Virus record (IMG/VR): IMGVR_UViG_2061766007_000047
Coordinates: 1 to 64,000 of that record
Direction: 5' to 3' (one strand)
Source of the DNA: a virus
Lineage: Duplodnaviria > Caudoviricetes
DNA length: 64,000 nt
The stretch's first letter is position 1. Each line of letters opens with the position of its first letter. Shown piece after piece: positions 29,138 through 39,504 of this stretch. A model generated the notes under the pieces. The model was not told where the DNA came from and did not search any database. It saw only the letters and a program-made list of their open reading frames with translations. The position numbers were made by a program, and so were the translations under genes.

Positions 29138-29494
29138 TTACGCACCCTCCACATATCTCTTAATTGATTCATTAGTTTCAAGAAGGTTACGCATCTGCTC
29201 CAAAACTTCATCTACCAATGTAGAGAAAAGTTCAAATGGAATAAGAGATGCAAGACTAGGGTATAACTCTACGAAACGAGAATAAGCCCATGACAGTTTA
29301 AGTTTTCCTGTTTGTCCACCAAACTGACGCTCCGCTTCGATTACAATAGCTAAAAGAATTGCTTTAGCTTTTGCCTGTTGTTCGTCAGAAGGAAGTCCTG
29401 CGAATTTTTTAAACCTCACATAGACCACCACTATTGCGGCTAAAATAACAACCAACAGCGACCAATTATCATATAACCATTGCATAAATTTCAC
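29138..29494 (-). CDS. Holin-like protein
   Basis: N-terminal TM; EAERQFGGQTGKLK motif; upstream of the lysin. Confidence 0.75.
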   Translation of the reverse strand: MKFMQWLYDNWSLLVVILAAIVVVYVRFKKFAGLPSDEQQAKAKAILLAIVIEAERQFGGQTGKLKLSWAYSRFVELYPSLASLIPFELFSTLVDEVLEQMRNLLETNESIKRYVEGA

Positions 29495-29508
29495 CTCGCT
29501 TTCTGCAT

Positions 29509-29575
29509 AAAAAAGCCGACTACCTAAAAGGTAATCGGCTCAACGGCTCTTTCTGTTATTTTATCATGGTTTACC
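29509..29575 (-). promoter_or_regulatory. GGTAAACC-N4-TAAAAT promoter (29558-29575) plus GAGCC hairpin leader (copy C) before the holin
   Basis: Repeated composite element. Confidence 0.7.
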
Positions 29576-29586
29576 GACAAAACCTA

Positions 29587-30678
29587 TTAGAAAGTTGCCA
29601 CGCCTGTTTTGAGGTCATTTTCAATTATCTTAGCAGGAAACTTAGAACGAATTTCTTTTAGTTCTTCCTCACCACCATATTCATCATTTTTAATCTTATC
29701 CATAAACTCAAAGAATGTTATTTCGGGTATAATACCGAGCATATCTTCGGCGTGTTGTCCTCTCTGTACGGTGTAAATATCCGTAAGGACTTTATCATTT
29801 ATCCTGTTCTCGATTTCAGAATAACACTCATGGTAAAATCTCTTGGCATTGAACAAGTTTTGTTCTGCAAAGATAGGCTTTCTTGCCTTACAGGTAACGT
29901 AGGTAAAATAGTGTCCTACCATCATTTCAGTTACAAACCTGTCTATGCCACCGTTAAAAGGATTCTTCTCCCTACAGAACTTAGTTGCCCTTATTGAAGC
30001 TATAGTAGCCCCTATTTGGCACAAATCAAAGTTGTATTGAGGTATTCCATCCTCTTCTACTCCGATACGGGTAATGGAGTGTTCTGACCCTGTACGCCAT
30101 AAATAAACATTATCATTAACAATATTTCTGACAAGTGGTGAACCTTCTATAGTCATGTTAATCTTCCAATTAAGTTCACCGTCTTCCATGGCTCTAAGTT
30201 CAGTAAATCTTATTTCATTTTGTTTAAGGAATGGTACGTTATAAAGTCTGCCAAACACCCATGGGTGTCCCACATCATTTCTTGGGATACCTCTCACTCC
30301 CTGCGGATTATCATCAACTTCCTGCATAAAAGCACCTTGCACTTCAATTACATTTGGCTGAATACCCCTCACAAGCTGTTCAAGGGAAAATGGGCTAAAG
30401 AACACATCATCTGCATCTATAAAAGTAATCCAATCATTTTTACAAGCATCTAACGCTCTTTGCCTTGCCAAACCTGCACCTGTGTTTTCTTTACATGAAA
30501 GAATCTCAATTTTCAAATCGGGGAAACGTTTCTTTACAAACCCATAATCATCATCGGGACTATCCGACGCTATTATGATTGTTATTTCATCTTTAATAGT
30601 TTGGATTGCAATTGATGCCAAGCAATCACAAATCGTCTGCGTTGCCTTATACGCAGGTATGCCTACTGTAATTCTCAT
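29587..30678 (-). CDS. GT2 glycosyltransferase
   Basis: ITVGIPAYK, GAGLARQ, FIDADD, EDG. Confidence 0.85.
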   Translation of the reverse strand: MRITVGIPAYKATQTICDCLASIAIQTIKDEITIIIASDSPDDDYGFVKKRFPDLKIEILSCKENTGAGLARQRALDACKNDWITFIDADDVFFSPFSLEQLVRGIQPNVIEVQGAFMQEVDDNPQGVRGIPRNDVGHPWVFGRLYNVPFLKQNEIRFTELRAMEDGELNWKINMTIEGSPLVRNIVNDNVYLWRTGSEHSITRIGVEEDGIPQYNFDLCQIGATIASIRATKFCREKNPFNGGIDRFVTEMMVGHYFTYVTCKARKPIFAEQNLFNAKRFYHECYSEIENRINDKVLTDIYTVQRGQHAEDMLGIIPEITFFEFMDKIKNDEYGGEEELKEIRSKFPAKIIENDLKTGVATF

Positions 30679-30690
30679 TTTTCTCCTTTC

Positions 30691-31674
30691 TTAACCGCTA
30701 TAATTGTAGTAACAATAAACATTATAAGCTGTATTGTAGAAGTAATTTGTTGCCGAAGTCCATGTAATTGCGTTGCTAACCAAACTATTTGTAGAAGTAA
30801 TTACATTGAATAAATTATTTAAAACTGAATTAAACCAAATATTTTTTCTCTTTTGATGATTGCAATTTACAAATATTCCATGTACTCTTAACTCTCTATA
30901 AGTATTTCCTTTTATAAAAATATTTTTACTAAAATCAGAATTCGCAACCAAACAGTAACAATCGTCAACGGAAGAAGGAATTGTTATGTTTTGGTTTAAT
31001 GAATTACAGTTACTAAACATAAATCTACAGGAGTTTACGGAATTGGGAATTATTATGTTTTGATTTAATGATGTACAATTTAAAAACATAGCTTGACATT
31101 CTTTAACGGAATTGGGAATTATTATGTTTTGGTTTAATGATGTACAATTACCAAACATATGATAACAGTTTTGTACAGAAGTAGGTATAACTATATTTTG
31201 GTTTAATAGTGTACAACTAGAAAACATATAACTACAACTAACAACATTATCGGGTATCTGTATGTTTTGGTTTAATGATGTACAATTACCAAACATATAA
31301 ACACAAGTAACAACATTATCGGATATCTTTATGTTCTGATTTAGTGAGGTACACTTATAAAACATATAATTACAATCAACAACATTATCGGGTATCTGTA
31401 TGTTTTGGTTTAATGATGTACAATTACCAAACATATAAAAACAATTAACAACATTATCGGATATCTGTATGTTTTGGTTTAATGATGTACAACTAAGAAA
31501 CATATAAATACAACTAACAACATTATTCCCTATTATTACAGGCTCATTGAGAGTAGCATTATTAGCAAACATATACGCACATGAACCTTTTTGCAATACT
31601 CCATTCACACTTGCAGTATATGTAGCTGAATTATCAACAGAATTGCTTATTGGAGAACTTCTAAATAAAATCAT
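30691..31674 (-). CDS. BspA/DUF285-like leucine-rich-repeat protein
   Basis: About 8-9 tandem 22-aa repeats MFxxCTSLNQNIxIPxxVxxCxY (66-bp DNA repeats). Confidence 0.8.
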   Translation of the reverse strand: MILFRSSPISNSVDNSATYTASVNGVLQKGSCAYMFANNATLNEPVIIGNNVVSCIYMFLSCTSLNQNIQISDNVVNCFYMFGNCTSLNQNIQIPDNVVDCNYMFYKCTSLNQNIKISDNVVTCVYMFGNCTSLNQNIQIPDNVVSCSYMFSSCTLLNQNIVIPTSVQNCYHMFGNCTSLNQNIIIPNSVKECQAMFLNCTSLNQNIIIPNSVNSCRFMFSNCNSLNQNITIPSSVDDCYCLVANSDFSKNIFIKGNTYRELRVHGIFVNCNHQKRKNIWFNSVLNNLFNVITSTNSLVSNAITWTSATNYFYNTAYNVYCYYNYSG

Positions 31675-31690
31675 AATTATTTCCTCACAC

Positions 31691-31740
31691 AAAAAAGAAA
31701 GAGCCGACTAACCTGTTACAGTTAATCGGCTCAACGGCTC
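31691..31740 (-). terminator. GAGCC hairpin, copy D
   Basis: GAGCCGTTGAGCCGATTAAC..GTTAGTCGGCTCTTTCTTTTTT. Confidence 0.75.
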
Positions 31741-31829
31741 ACGACTTCTTCTTATTATATCCTTTTGGAACATGACCCTTACCGCCACATATCGGACATT
31801 TAAGGCTTCCTTCGGGAACTTTCTTCGCC

Positions 31830-32144
31830 CTAGTTTTGGTTGTTGTCGTTGTTGTAGTCTGTTTCGCTTTCCCCGCCATAATAATCACCACCTATGCTTT
31901 TCAGAATAATATCACTATTACCATCAGACATAGCTTCTTGTGTTACCGTTTGGGTTGTAGTTACAGTATCTTCATACTGCGACTCATACCATAGCCATCC
32001 TGCATTAGTCCCTATTAAAGCTAAAATAAGAACCAAAATCACAATCCATAGCTTTGTATTAGCCTTTTCAAGCTTCGCAAGGGAACTTTCAATGATAAAT
32101 CTGATATTGTTATCATCTGTATTGAAATTTGGTCTGTTTTCCAT
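31830..32144 (-). CDS. Membrane protein
   Basis: Single TM segment LWIVILVLILALIGTNAGWLWYE. Confidence 0.65.
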   Translation of the reverse strand: MENRPNFNTDDNNIRFIIESSLAKLEKANTKLWIVILVLILALIGTNAGWLWYESQYEDTVTTTQTVTQEAMSDGNSDIILKSIGGDYYGGESETDYNNDNNQN

Positions 32145-32162
32145 ATAATATCCCCTTTTCTT

Positions 32163-32180
32163 ATTATATCTTGGTTTACC
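32163..32180 (-). promoter_or_regulatory. GGTAAACC-N4-TATAAT promoter
   Basis: Perfect -10 box 4 nt after GGTAAACC. Confidence 0.7.
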
Positions 32181-32197
32181 AAGAGTGGCTAGATTAC

Positions 32198-32518
32198 TTA
32201 GGAATCTAATATCTCAGAAATACGGTTTAATTTGCCATGCATAGAATAAGACCCCGAATGAACAGTGGCTCTTATTTTGTCTAGTTTAACATTATCTATT
32301 TTTGCATTCATGGCATCATAATAACCTTTTCTATATGCGTTTTCCAAAACATGAGTCTGTCGTACTGCGGTATCCCACACTTTAGTTATATCTTCACCAT
32401 ATTCTGTAAATGTTTTTGCATATAAATAAGCAGTTGATAAAAGCATTTCAGAACCATTCTCAAGTTCTTCCAACATTAGCTTCTTATTAACCTGCATAAC
32501 AAAACCACCTCTAATCAT
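32198..32518 (-). CDS. Hypothetical protein, divergent from the RHH gene
   Basis: 106-aa ORF. Confidence 0.6.
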   Translation of the reverse strand: MIRGGFVMQVNKKLMLEELENGSEMLLSTAYLYAKTFTEYGEDITKVWDTAVRQTHVLENAYRKGYYDAMNAKIDNVKLDKIRATVHSGSYSMHGKLNRISEILDS

Positions 32519-32615
32519 TTTGCTCCTTGCTTATTGATGTTTAATTAAACATACCACATTTTAATGTTGTATGCAAGTCTGAAATGTGTTAAGATTTTAT
32601 TAAGGAGATTTACCT

Positions 32616-32777
32616 ATGGCTGACAGATTAAAAAACAGATACAGATTTTCAACTACATTAGATAAAAAGACTATCGAAATGCTACGGGATTATTCAAACA
32701 AAACAATGATACCCTCTAGCAAAATTGTTGATATAGCAATAAAAGAATATATTGAGAAGAAAAAGGCTACCGATTAA
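32616..32777 (+). CDS. Ribbon-helix-helix regulator (53 aa, not in ORF track)
   Basis: AAGGAG RBS; MADRLKNRYRFSTTLDKKTIEMLRDYSNKTMIPSSKIVDIAIKEYIEK. Confidence 0.8.
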   Translation: MADRLKNRYRFSTTLDKKTIEMLRDYSNKTMIPSSKIVDIAIKEYIEKKKATD

Positions 32778-32788
32778 GGTAGCCTTTT
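32761..32788. terminator. Bidirectional terminator
   Basis: AAAAGGCTACC-GATTAA-GGTAGCCTTTT between convergent genes. Confidence 0.85.
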
Positions 32789-32798
32789 ATAATTTTAA

Positions 32799-33635
32799 TT
32801 ATGTTGTTTTAGTGTATTGGATAGTAGCATAACCTGTACATCCACTTGCTGATTTTGAAGCATTTGAAATACGAAGTTTGTTCCTATCTGCGGCTGTCGC
32901 ATAAGCGTTTGTCTGTACTAAAATTCTGACATACTTGGTAGATGCACCTGTCACAGTAAATATAGATGAAACTTTAGCACCGTTGACGAACCATGCATTT
33001 ACGTCTACTACTGTATCTATTGATGCGCCTATCGCAAAAGAAGCACTAACTTCTGTTCCATCAGTTGTGCAAGTCGGAATAGTGATTGGAATAGTCTTTT
33101 GATAAATTGGCTTTGAGTCTATCCAAGTTCCTACTATCTTCTCTGTAGTAGAGTAATCTGTTTCATTACCTATGGAAGTTGCACTATCTGTGGTCTTGGT
33201 GTACTGCATAATCACATAAGCTGAAAATGTGCTTCTATCAGTGGTACTGACTACTTCAATGTTAGCACCTCTAACACATATAGTTGTAGCATCAGAAGTA
33301 GATGTTACTATTGTCCTATCAAAATTAAAAAACATATTATCTGATGCTCTTTTTGCAACCCCTCGTAATGTAATAACATAATCTAGGTTGCTTATTCCAT
33401 GAGCAACAGATTTGGTTGTAGCATTTGGAAGTGAACCAAAATTAAACACTTTCTGATAAACAGGCTTACCATCTGTCCATTGTCCTACAATCTTTTCAGA
33501 AGTAGAGTATATATCACTCTTACTGAATTTATTTGCTACCATTTCGGGCATACCACCAAGATAAGGGAATATTTCATTATAGAAATCCGCTAAGTCTTGT
33601 TTGGTTACTACCTTATCGGGATTAGTTACACTCAT
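32799..33635 (-). CDS. Fibre/adhesin-like protein C' (two YST-E-IVG-W-DGKP-YQK domains)
   Basis: Paralogue of 35482-36345. Confidence 0.7.
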   Translation of the reverse strand: MSVTNPDKVVTKQDLADFYNEIFPYLGGMPEMVANKFSKSDIYSTSEKIVGQWTDGKPVYQKVFNFGSLPNATTKSVAHGISNLDYVITLRGVAKRASDNMFFNFDRTIVTSTSDATTICVRGANIEVVSTTDRSTFSAYVIMQYTKTTDSATSIGNETDYSTTEKIVGTWIDSKPIYQKTIPITIPTCTTDGTEVSASFAIGASIDTVVDVNAWFVNGAKVSSIFTVTGASTKYVRILVQTNAYATAADRNKLRISNASKSASGCTGYATIQYTKTT

Positions 33636-33652
33636 TCTTTCATTCTCCTTTC

Positions 33653-34618
33653 TTATGTGGCTTTGGTGTATTTAACGATAGCAATACCTTTTCGTCCATT
33701 ATAAGTTGTGTAATTAGAATCAACTGTTAATGTATTAGTTGAATTTACATAAATACGCACTCCATACATATTTGTATTTATCATATTTACTGAATTAAGT
33801 GGTATTGCTTGAACAGAGGTATTATCTTTATGAAAACAGCCATCTATTGATACTACTTCTTTAATATTCCAACTAGAAATATCAATAGATATGCCTACCA
33901 TAGTCCCCTGTGTAGTTACTGTTGGCATTGTTATTTCTATACAACGCTCATAAAGAATAGACCCATCAATCCATCTTCCAACCACTTGTTCTTCTGTGGA
34001 GTATTGATGATACCTTGCACCCACACTTGGAAGTTCGGGGATTACTTCATCCATATCACCACTTGCAAAAGACTTGATGGACATGGTAGAACTTGACTTT
34101 GACAAGCCTGTTCCTGCTGTCCCAACATATAATGTGTCAAAGTATGTCTTTAATACACTCTTAATATTACTCCAAAGTGTCTTTTTCTTTGCACTTGCTG
34201 ATGTGTCATATACAGGAACATAATCTGCATCTGCCAATGCGGTAAATGCTGTGTCGCCTGTTTTATAACAATCAGAAGTGCTAGGTATATCTGTTGATTT
34301 AGCAAGTCCTAAATCACTTGCTGTTTTATTTCCACTAAGAGTTACCCCTTCAATTGACGGTTTGTTAGTCAAATCAGAGTAGTCACTCGCTCCACCGCCA
34401 CCGCTTGAAAACTCACGCCACTTTCCTGTTGTTTCGTCTACAGTATTAGTAGATAAGAACTTATAATACTTATCTGTTTCGGCGCAGTATGCAAGACAAC
34501 CCTCGTTGATGTTTGCATCTGTTACAGTTTTCATCAACGCAAGAGTGGAATACTGCGTCCTGTTATCAAGGGGCTTCTTTCCGTTGTAGCCCATGTTGTC
34601 AGCAATGTTAATGGACAT
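33653..34618 (-). CDS. Fibre/adhesin-like protein B'
   Basis: Paralogue of 36364-37209 (KPLDxR, TGKWREFSSGGG). Confidence 0.7.
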   Translation of the reverse strand: MSINIADNMGYNGKKPLDNRTQYSTLALMKTVTDANINEGCLAYCAETDKYYKFLSTNTVDETTGKWREFSSGGGGASDYSDLTNKPSIEGVTLSGNKTASDLGLAKSTDIPSTSDCYKTGDTAFTALADADYVPVYDTSASAKKKTLWSNIKSVLKTYFDTLYVGTAGTGLSKSSSTMSIKSFASGDMDEVIPELPSVGARYHQYSTEEQVVGRWIDGSILYERCIEITMPTVTTQGTMVGISIDISSWNIKEVVSIDGCFHKDNTSVQAIPLNSVNMINTNMYGVRIYVNSTNTLTVDSNYTTYNGRKGIAIVKYTKAT

Positions 34619-34635
34619 TTATTTATCCCCCTTTC

Positions 34636-35466
34636 TCACGCAAATATTACGCTATAGTTTGATACGGTTGTCGGGTCGGTAAGAACGTACCTATAGTAAA
34701 CTACGGATGTACTATTTTGTGTATAGGTTACTTCTGTTCTTGTGAATGAATCGAACAGGCTAAATCCGTTACCATCCTTAATACTTGCAAGTGCGCCAAG
34801 TGATTTTGGATATGCGTAACAGATACGTCCTGCCGATACAGTAAAGGAGTATGTTCCACCTTTTCCTGTTCCCAAAGCTGTTGTAAGGGCTTCAACCGTA
34901 GCTTCTGACGGTGCAAGGTCTGAAACTGCTCCATAGAACTTGTTGTAGTAGAAGTTAATTGAACCTGTCTTTGTAACGGTTGTATCTGTATCATCTGATT
35001 TAGTATAGGTTACGATAGCCTTGAAGGTTGTTGATGTGGTTGTAGCAGTATCCATTGTATAAGTCCAAGAACCTGTCGTTGTACTATCAACGGTATCTGT
35101 CTTCTTAAGGGTATCTCCCTCATACCATGCGATTGTCTTAATCTTCTTTGCTGTTCCCATTGCGGTTACTGCAAGAGTAAGAGTTTCGGTATAAGAACCA
35201 CCATATGCCACGTTTCCACTCTTAGATAAGCTGAAAGTAACAGTAGGTGCTATTTCAGATACAACAAGTTTTTGAACAAACTCGGTAAATGTTGTTCCCT
35301 GCGCAAGTGTAGTTCCACTTGCAATCGCTCCTACGGTTGTATTGGCTGTAACGGCACTATCTAATGAAGCACTTCCACCACCACCGCCAAGATACGGTCT
35401 TATTTCATCGTAGAAATCTTTCAAATCCTGTTTAGTAACAACTCTTTCGGGATTTTCCACGCTCAT
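34636..35466 (-). CDS. Structural protein A'
   Basis: Paralogue of the C-terminal half of 37227-38690. Confidence 0.65.
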   Translation of the reverse strand: MSVENPERVVTKQDLKDFYDEIRPYLGGGGGSASLDSAVTANTTVGAIASGTTLAQGTTFTEFVQKLVVSEIAPTVTFSLSKSGNVAYGGSYTETLTLAVTAMGTAKKIKTIAWYEGDTLKKTDTVDSTTTGSWTYTMDTATTTSTTFKAIVTYTKSDDTDTTVTKTGSINFYYNKFYGAVSDLAPSEATVEALTTALGTGKGGTYSFTVSAGRICYAYPKSLGALASIKDGNGFSLFDSFTRTEVTYTQNSTSVVYYRYVLTDPTTVSNYSVIFA

Positions 35467-35481
35467 TGATTTTCTCCTTCC

Positions 35482-36345
35482 TTATGTGGTTTTAGTATAT
35501 TGGGCAGTTACATAAGCGGTTATTCCTGCAACACTCGAAGCATTTGTCGATAAAGTTACTGCATTATTATAAAACTTTACTTTAGCGACATATCCCCCAT
35601 TGGAAATCCATGGGAATGTAATTTTCGTGGAAGATGCAATATACCATCCTTCCATCTTAATAACATTACCAACTCCACTAATAGTTGCTATTGCTTTATC
35701 AGCATAAGTTCCATCAGTAGTTGTCGGGAATGTTCCACTAACCGTTTTCTGATATATAGGTTTACCATCTATCCAAGTTCCTACTATCTTCTCTGTTGTA
35801 GAGTAATCTGTTTCATTACCTATAGAGATTGCACTATCTGTGGTCTTGGTATATTTGATAATAAACTTACAATTACACCCGTTTGCACTTGCATTAGAAT
35901 TTTTTACAATAACCGCATTTTTATCTGACGAAGCACTATTAGTAGACACCATAAATCTCGTTTGTCTTAAAGTTGCTTGTGCTGTCCATGTTGTAGGAGC
36001 AGTAGCACTTAAAGGTCTAGTAAATAAAGGAATCCATGTCCCTGCTGATATATACCAACCATCTGCACCCACTATTTCATCAATAGTAGAACCTATGCTA
36101 ATTGAAGAAGCAACTTCTGCACCATCTGTAACACAATTAGGAATTGTACCTGTGACTACTTTCTGATAGATGGGCTTACCATTATACCATTGTCCTATCA
36201 TCTTTTCAGATGTAGAGTATATATCACTCTTACTGAATTTATTTGCCACCATTTCGGGCATACCACCAAGATAAGGAAGTATGCCATCATAGAAGTCTTT
36301 TAATCTTTCTTCTGTTACCACTTTATTTGGATTAGTTAAACTCAT
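35482..36345 (-). CDS. Fibre/adhesin-like protein C
   Basis: Two repeated beta domains ending YTKTT. Confidence 0.7.
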   Translation of the reverse strand: MSLTNPNKVVTEERLKDFYDGILPYLGGMPEMVANKFSKSDIYSTSEKMIGQWYNGKPIYQKVVTGTIPNCVTDGAEVASSISIGSTIDEIVGADGWYISAGTWIPLFTRPLSATAPTTWTAQATLRQTRFMVSTNSASSDKNAVIVKNSNASANGCNCKFIIKYTKTTDSAISIGNETDYSTTEKIVGTWIDGKPIYQKTVSGTFPTTTDGTYADKAIATISGVGNVIKMEGWYIASSTKITFPWISNGGYVAKVKFYNNAVTLSTNASSVAGITAYVTAQYTKTT

Positions 36346-36363
36346 TTGACATTACTCCTTTCT

Positions 36364-37209
36364 TTAAGTTGTCTTGGTATATCGAATGATAGTGTAAAAC
36401 TCAACTGTTCCGCTTGTATGGTCATTCTTATAAGTCCACCTTAACTTTGAGTTGGTAGTTGCTTGTTTTACGAATGAACCATACTGCGTTACACTTGCAA
36501 AAGTATCTCCGTTTGATGCTTTCAAAGGTACAGGCGCAATACCCGCACGATTAGTAGAAGTATCTGTGTATTGATACCATGCAAAATGCTGACAATAAAT
36601 AATATGTTTCATATTAGAATCAATAGTGTCAGCATACACTGTAGAAGAAGTACCTTTTTCAACAATTTCATAAACCACTTTTTCATATATTGTTTCACCA
36701 TTCAGCCACTTACCTACTTCACGTTCTTTCGTACTATACTCGTAAGTCCTTGGCAATACATTGGGAAGTGGGTCTATTATCTCCGACATATCTGCTCTAG
36801 GCATAGCATCTGTGAGTTTAAAATACAAAGTATCAAAGTAAGTTTTTAACTTAGACTTGATATTACTCCATGTACTCTTTCTTGCCCCACTTGCTGATAT
36901 ATCATACATGGGAACAAAATCGCCATCAGCTATGGCTGTGAAAGTGTTATCATCTGTATGATAAGCATTTTCATCTATGCCACCACCGCCACCGCTTGAA
37001 AACTCTCTCCATTTTCCTGTATCGGCATCTACTGTGTTTGTGGATTTCCATTGATATGTCTTATCTGTAGCAACGCAATAAGCCATGCAACCATCGTACA
37101 TAGTTGCATCGGCTACTGCTTTCATGTTTGCTAATGTATCGTATTTAAGTCTTCCGTCAAGGGGCTTTGCTCCTTGAAAGCTGAAATTATCACCAATAAC
37201 AAGGCTCAT
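36364..37209 (-). CDS. Fibre/adhesin-like protein B
   Basis: Paralogue of B'. Confidence 0.7.
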   Translation of the reverse strand: MSLVIGDNFSFQGAKPLDGRLKYDTLANMKAVADATMYDGCMAYCVATDKTYQWKSTNTVDADTGKWREFSSGGGGGIDENAYHTDDNTFTAIADGDFVPMYDISASGARKSTWSNIKSKLKTYFDTLYFKLTDAMPRADMSEIIDPLPNVLPRTYEYSTKEREVGKWLNGETIYEKVVYEIVEKGTSSTVYADTIDSNMKHIIYCQHFAWYQYTDTSTNRAGIAPVPLKASNGDTFASVTQYGSFVKQATTNSKLRWTYKNDHTSGTVEFYTIIRYTKTT

Positions 37210-37226
37210 AATCTTTTCCCCCTTTC

Positions 37227-38690
37227 TTATGCGTAAATCTGCTTAAATCCACTTGCAGTTACAGGGTCAGTTAGTGTATATACGTTATAATCAACACCAT
37301 CAACCGAAACTGTTGTCTTAGTATATGAGTTGATATATTCAAAATTGTTACCATCTTTAATGCTCGTCAGCGCACCGAAGGATGCAGGATAACAATAGCA
37401 AGACCTCTGATTTGACAGAGTAAATGTTGCGGTCTGTGCCTTGGTATTCTTAACGTTCTTTGTGAGTGCTGTAATACCCGACTTATCGATAGGTGCGGTT
37501 GTTACTGCGCCATAGTAAGAAGCCATTACGAATGTGTATGTAGCACTCTTCTCAATAGAAGCTGTGGAATCATCTGACTTCTTGTACTCCAATACGCCCT
37601 TAACGGTCTTCGTAGTGGTCACAGCATCCATTGTAAATGTGTAGCTGTTAGTTCCGCTTACATAAGCCTGTGTATCAAGGAGTGTAGAACCATCATAGAA
37701 CTTGATAGATGCAGGAGTTCCTGTTCCAACATCACTAATAGTAAGTGTAAGTGTAGGTGTAACGCTTGTTCCGACTTCCTTTACTCCGCTTCCACTTGCA
37801 GAAAATGTGATTGTAGGTGCTATTTCAGTTATAAAGAGTTTCTTCATAACATCGGTGAATGACATTCCTTGTGTCAATGTTGTTCCACTCGGAACAGCAC
37901 CAACAGCAAGGTTAGTGGTTATTGACTCTTCAAGTTCAGCATCACCACCACCTTCTCCATTTTCCCATTCCTCGGTTTCTGAATTATACTTAAGAACATC
38001 CCCATTAGCAGGATTAGTAATATTTACATCCTCAATATCACCTAAATCATGTCCTTCGGTTACAGGGCTTGGTAGAGGGTCAATAATATCATCCATATCG
38101 TCCTCTTGAAGTGAGTCTGTGGAGATTACGTTCTCTTGGGAAATATTGATACCATCTCCTGCGGTATAAGAACCGCCACCGTTAGGAGGTTGAACATCGG
38201 TTTGTTCCCATGAGTATGTAGGAGTAGTTTCACCATCCGAAACACACTCATAAAAATAACCATGAGTATAGCTATCTGTTATTGAAGCACCTGTATACTG
38301 AACAACCTTTCCGAGATAATCTACAGAAGCAGTAGGCATAGTAGAAAGTTGCATAGCGTCCTGCAATCCCAAATCAGAAGCGGTTTTATTTCCACTTAAA
38401 GTAGTTCCGTTAATACTAGGCTTATTAGTAAGGTCTGTATAATCAGTAGTTCCTCCACTACCCTCACCAATCTCTTTCCAATTTTCAATATCCGTAGGGT
38501 CTGCACCCATAAGTCGATACTTTTTATCTTCGGCAACAACATAGACTTCCATACCAACATAAGGGTATGGGAAATTTCCGCTAGTTGTTAATTCAGCTTT
38601 AGCAGAAACTTGTTCTCTAGCATCAAGTGGTGCAGATATAAGTGGTTCTAATGCTCCTGCTAATGAAAAACTACCTTTAGTCCTAGCCAT
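37227..38690 (-). CDS. Structural protein A (fibre-associated)
   Basis: Start MARTKG after AAGGAGG; YTDLTNKPSING, LGDIEDV..GDVLKYN fibre motifs. Confidence 0.7.
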   Translation of the reverse strand: MARTKGSFSLAGALEPLISAPLDAREQVSAKAELTTSGNFPYPYVGMEVYVVAEDKKYRLMGADPTDIENWKEIGEGSGGTTDYTDLTNKPSINGTTLSGNKTASDLGLQDAMQLSTMPTASVDYLGKVVQYTGASITDSYTHGYFYECVSDGETTPTYSWEQTDVQPPNGGGSYTAGDGINISQENVISTDSLQEDDMDDIIDPLPSPVTEGHDLGDIEDVNITNPANGDVLKYNSETEEWENGEGGGDAELEESITTNLAVGAVPSGTTLTQGMSFTDVMKKLFITEIAPTITFSASGSGVKEVGTSVTPTLTLTISDVGTGTPASIKFYDGSTLLDTQAYVSGTNSYTFTMDAVTTTKTVKGVLEYKKSDDSTASIEKSATYTFVMASYYGAVTTAPIDKSGITALTKNVKNTKAQTATFTLSNQRSCYCYPASFGALTSIKDGNNFEYINSYTKTTVSVDGVDYNVYTLTDPVTASGFKQIYA

Positions 38691-38691
38691 T

Positions 38692-39504
38692 TTAACCTCC
38701 TTTACTATTTTGTGGTGGAATAAACAATCGGTCATTATCCCAACCTTTTAATACTCTATTGCGTAATGTACTAACATTTATTCCCTTAATTCTGCTCCAT
38801 TCCGCTATTGTATGAGTTTCATTTTCATAGGTTACAAAATGATTTTTTGATGTGTTGTTTTCTTGAACTAAATAACTAACCCACCTACAATTTAATGGTT
38901 CATAATTTCCATTATTATTTTCACGGTCAATAGTTAATGAATCATCATAACCATTCTTTAAAGACCACTCATAAAAATGTTCAAACCCCGATACATCCAT
39001 CCATTCATCACACACTTTAATTCCTCTTCCACCATATAGACGATAGGATTGAGATTTAGGGTTATTACAACGGTCTAACATACTTCTATAAATACGATAT
39101 ATCCTCGTATGACTCATATTATGCGTTGAATGTCTTTTTATAGCACATCCACAGCTTTTTGAGTTTCCGCTTGTTAATCGTGAAGTCGTTACAATCCGTT
39201 CCGTTCCACATTCACATTTGCAATACCACGCACTACACCCATTCTTATCGGAAGTTTTATACAATGCTGTCCATAATCCAAATTTTTTCCCTTTTAAATC
39301 TTTATAATGTTCATTGTGGTATTGGATGTTATAACACCCACACGATTTTGTGCGCCCTTTTAATAGAGAATTTGCTAATACAAATGTTTCATTTCCACAA
39401 TCACAAACACATCTCCATTTTGAGCGTTTACCCTCTTGCCTTATATATTCCTTTGCAACAAGTTTTCCAAATCTTTGTCCCGTCAAATCATTTAATTTTC
39501 CCAT
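38692..39504 (-). CDS. Free-standing HNH homing endonuclease
   Basis: Two WxCxCxCG..SCGC repeats; YGGRGIKVCDEW; LTIDRENNNGNYEPLNCRW. Confidence 0.9.
   Translation of the reverse strand: MGKLNDLTGQRFGKLVAKEYIRQEGKRSKWRCVCDCGNETFVLANSLLKGRTKSCGCYNIQYHNEHYKDLKGKKFGLWTALYKTSDKNGCSAWYCKCECGTERIVTTSRLTSGNSKSCGCAIKRHSTHNMSHTRIYRIYRSMLDRCNNPKSQSYRLYGGRGIKVCDEWMDVSGFEHFYEWSLKNGYDDSLTIDRENNNGNYEPLNCRWVSYLVQENNTSKNHFVTYENETHTIAEWSRIKGINVSTLRNRVLKGWDNDRLFIPPQNSKGG

Noticed and set aside
30691-38690. Diversity-generating retroelement target/template pairs
   Set aside because: No reverse transcriptase in the window, and repeat differences did not look adenine-restricted; both copies are coding paralogues
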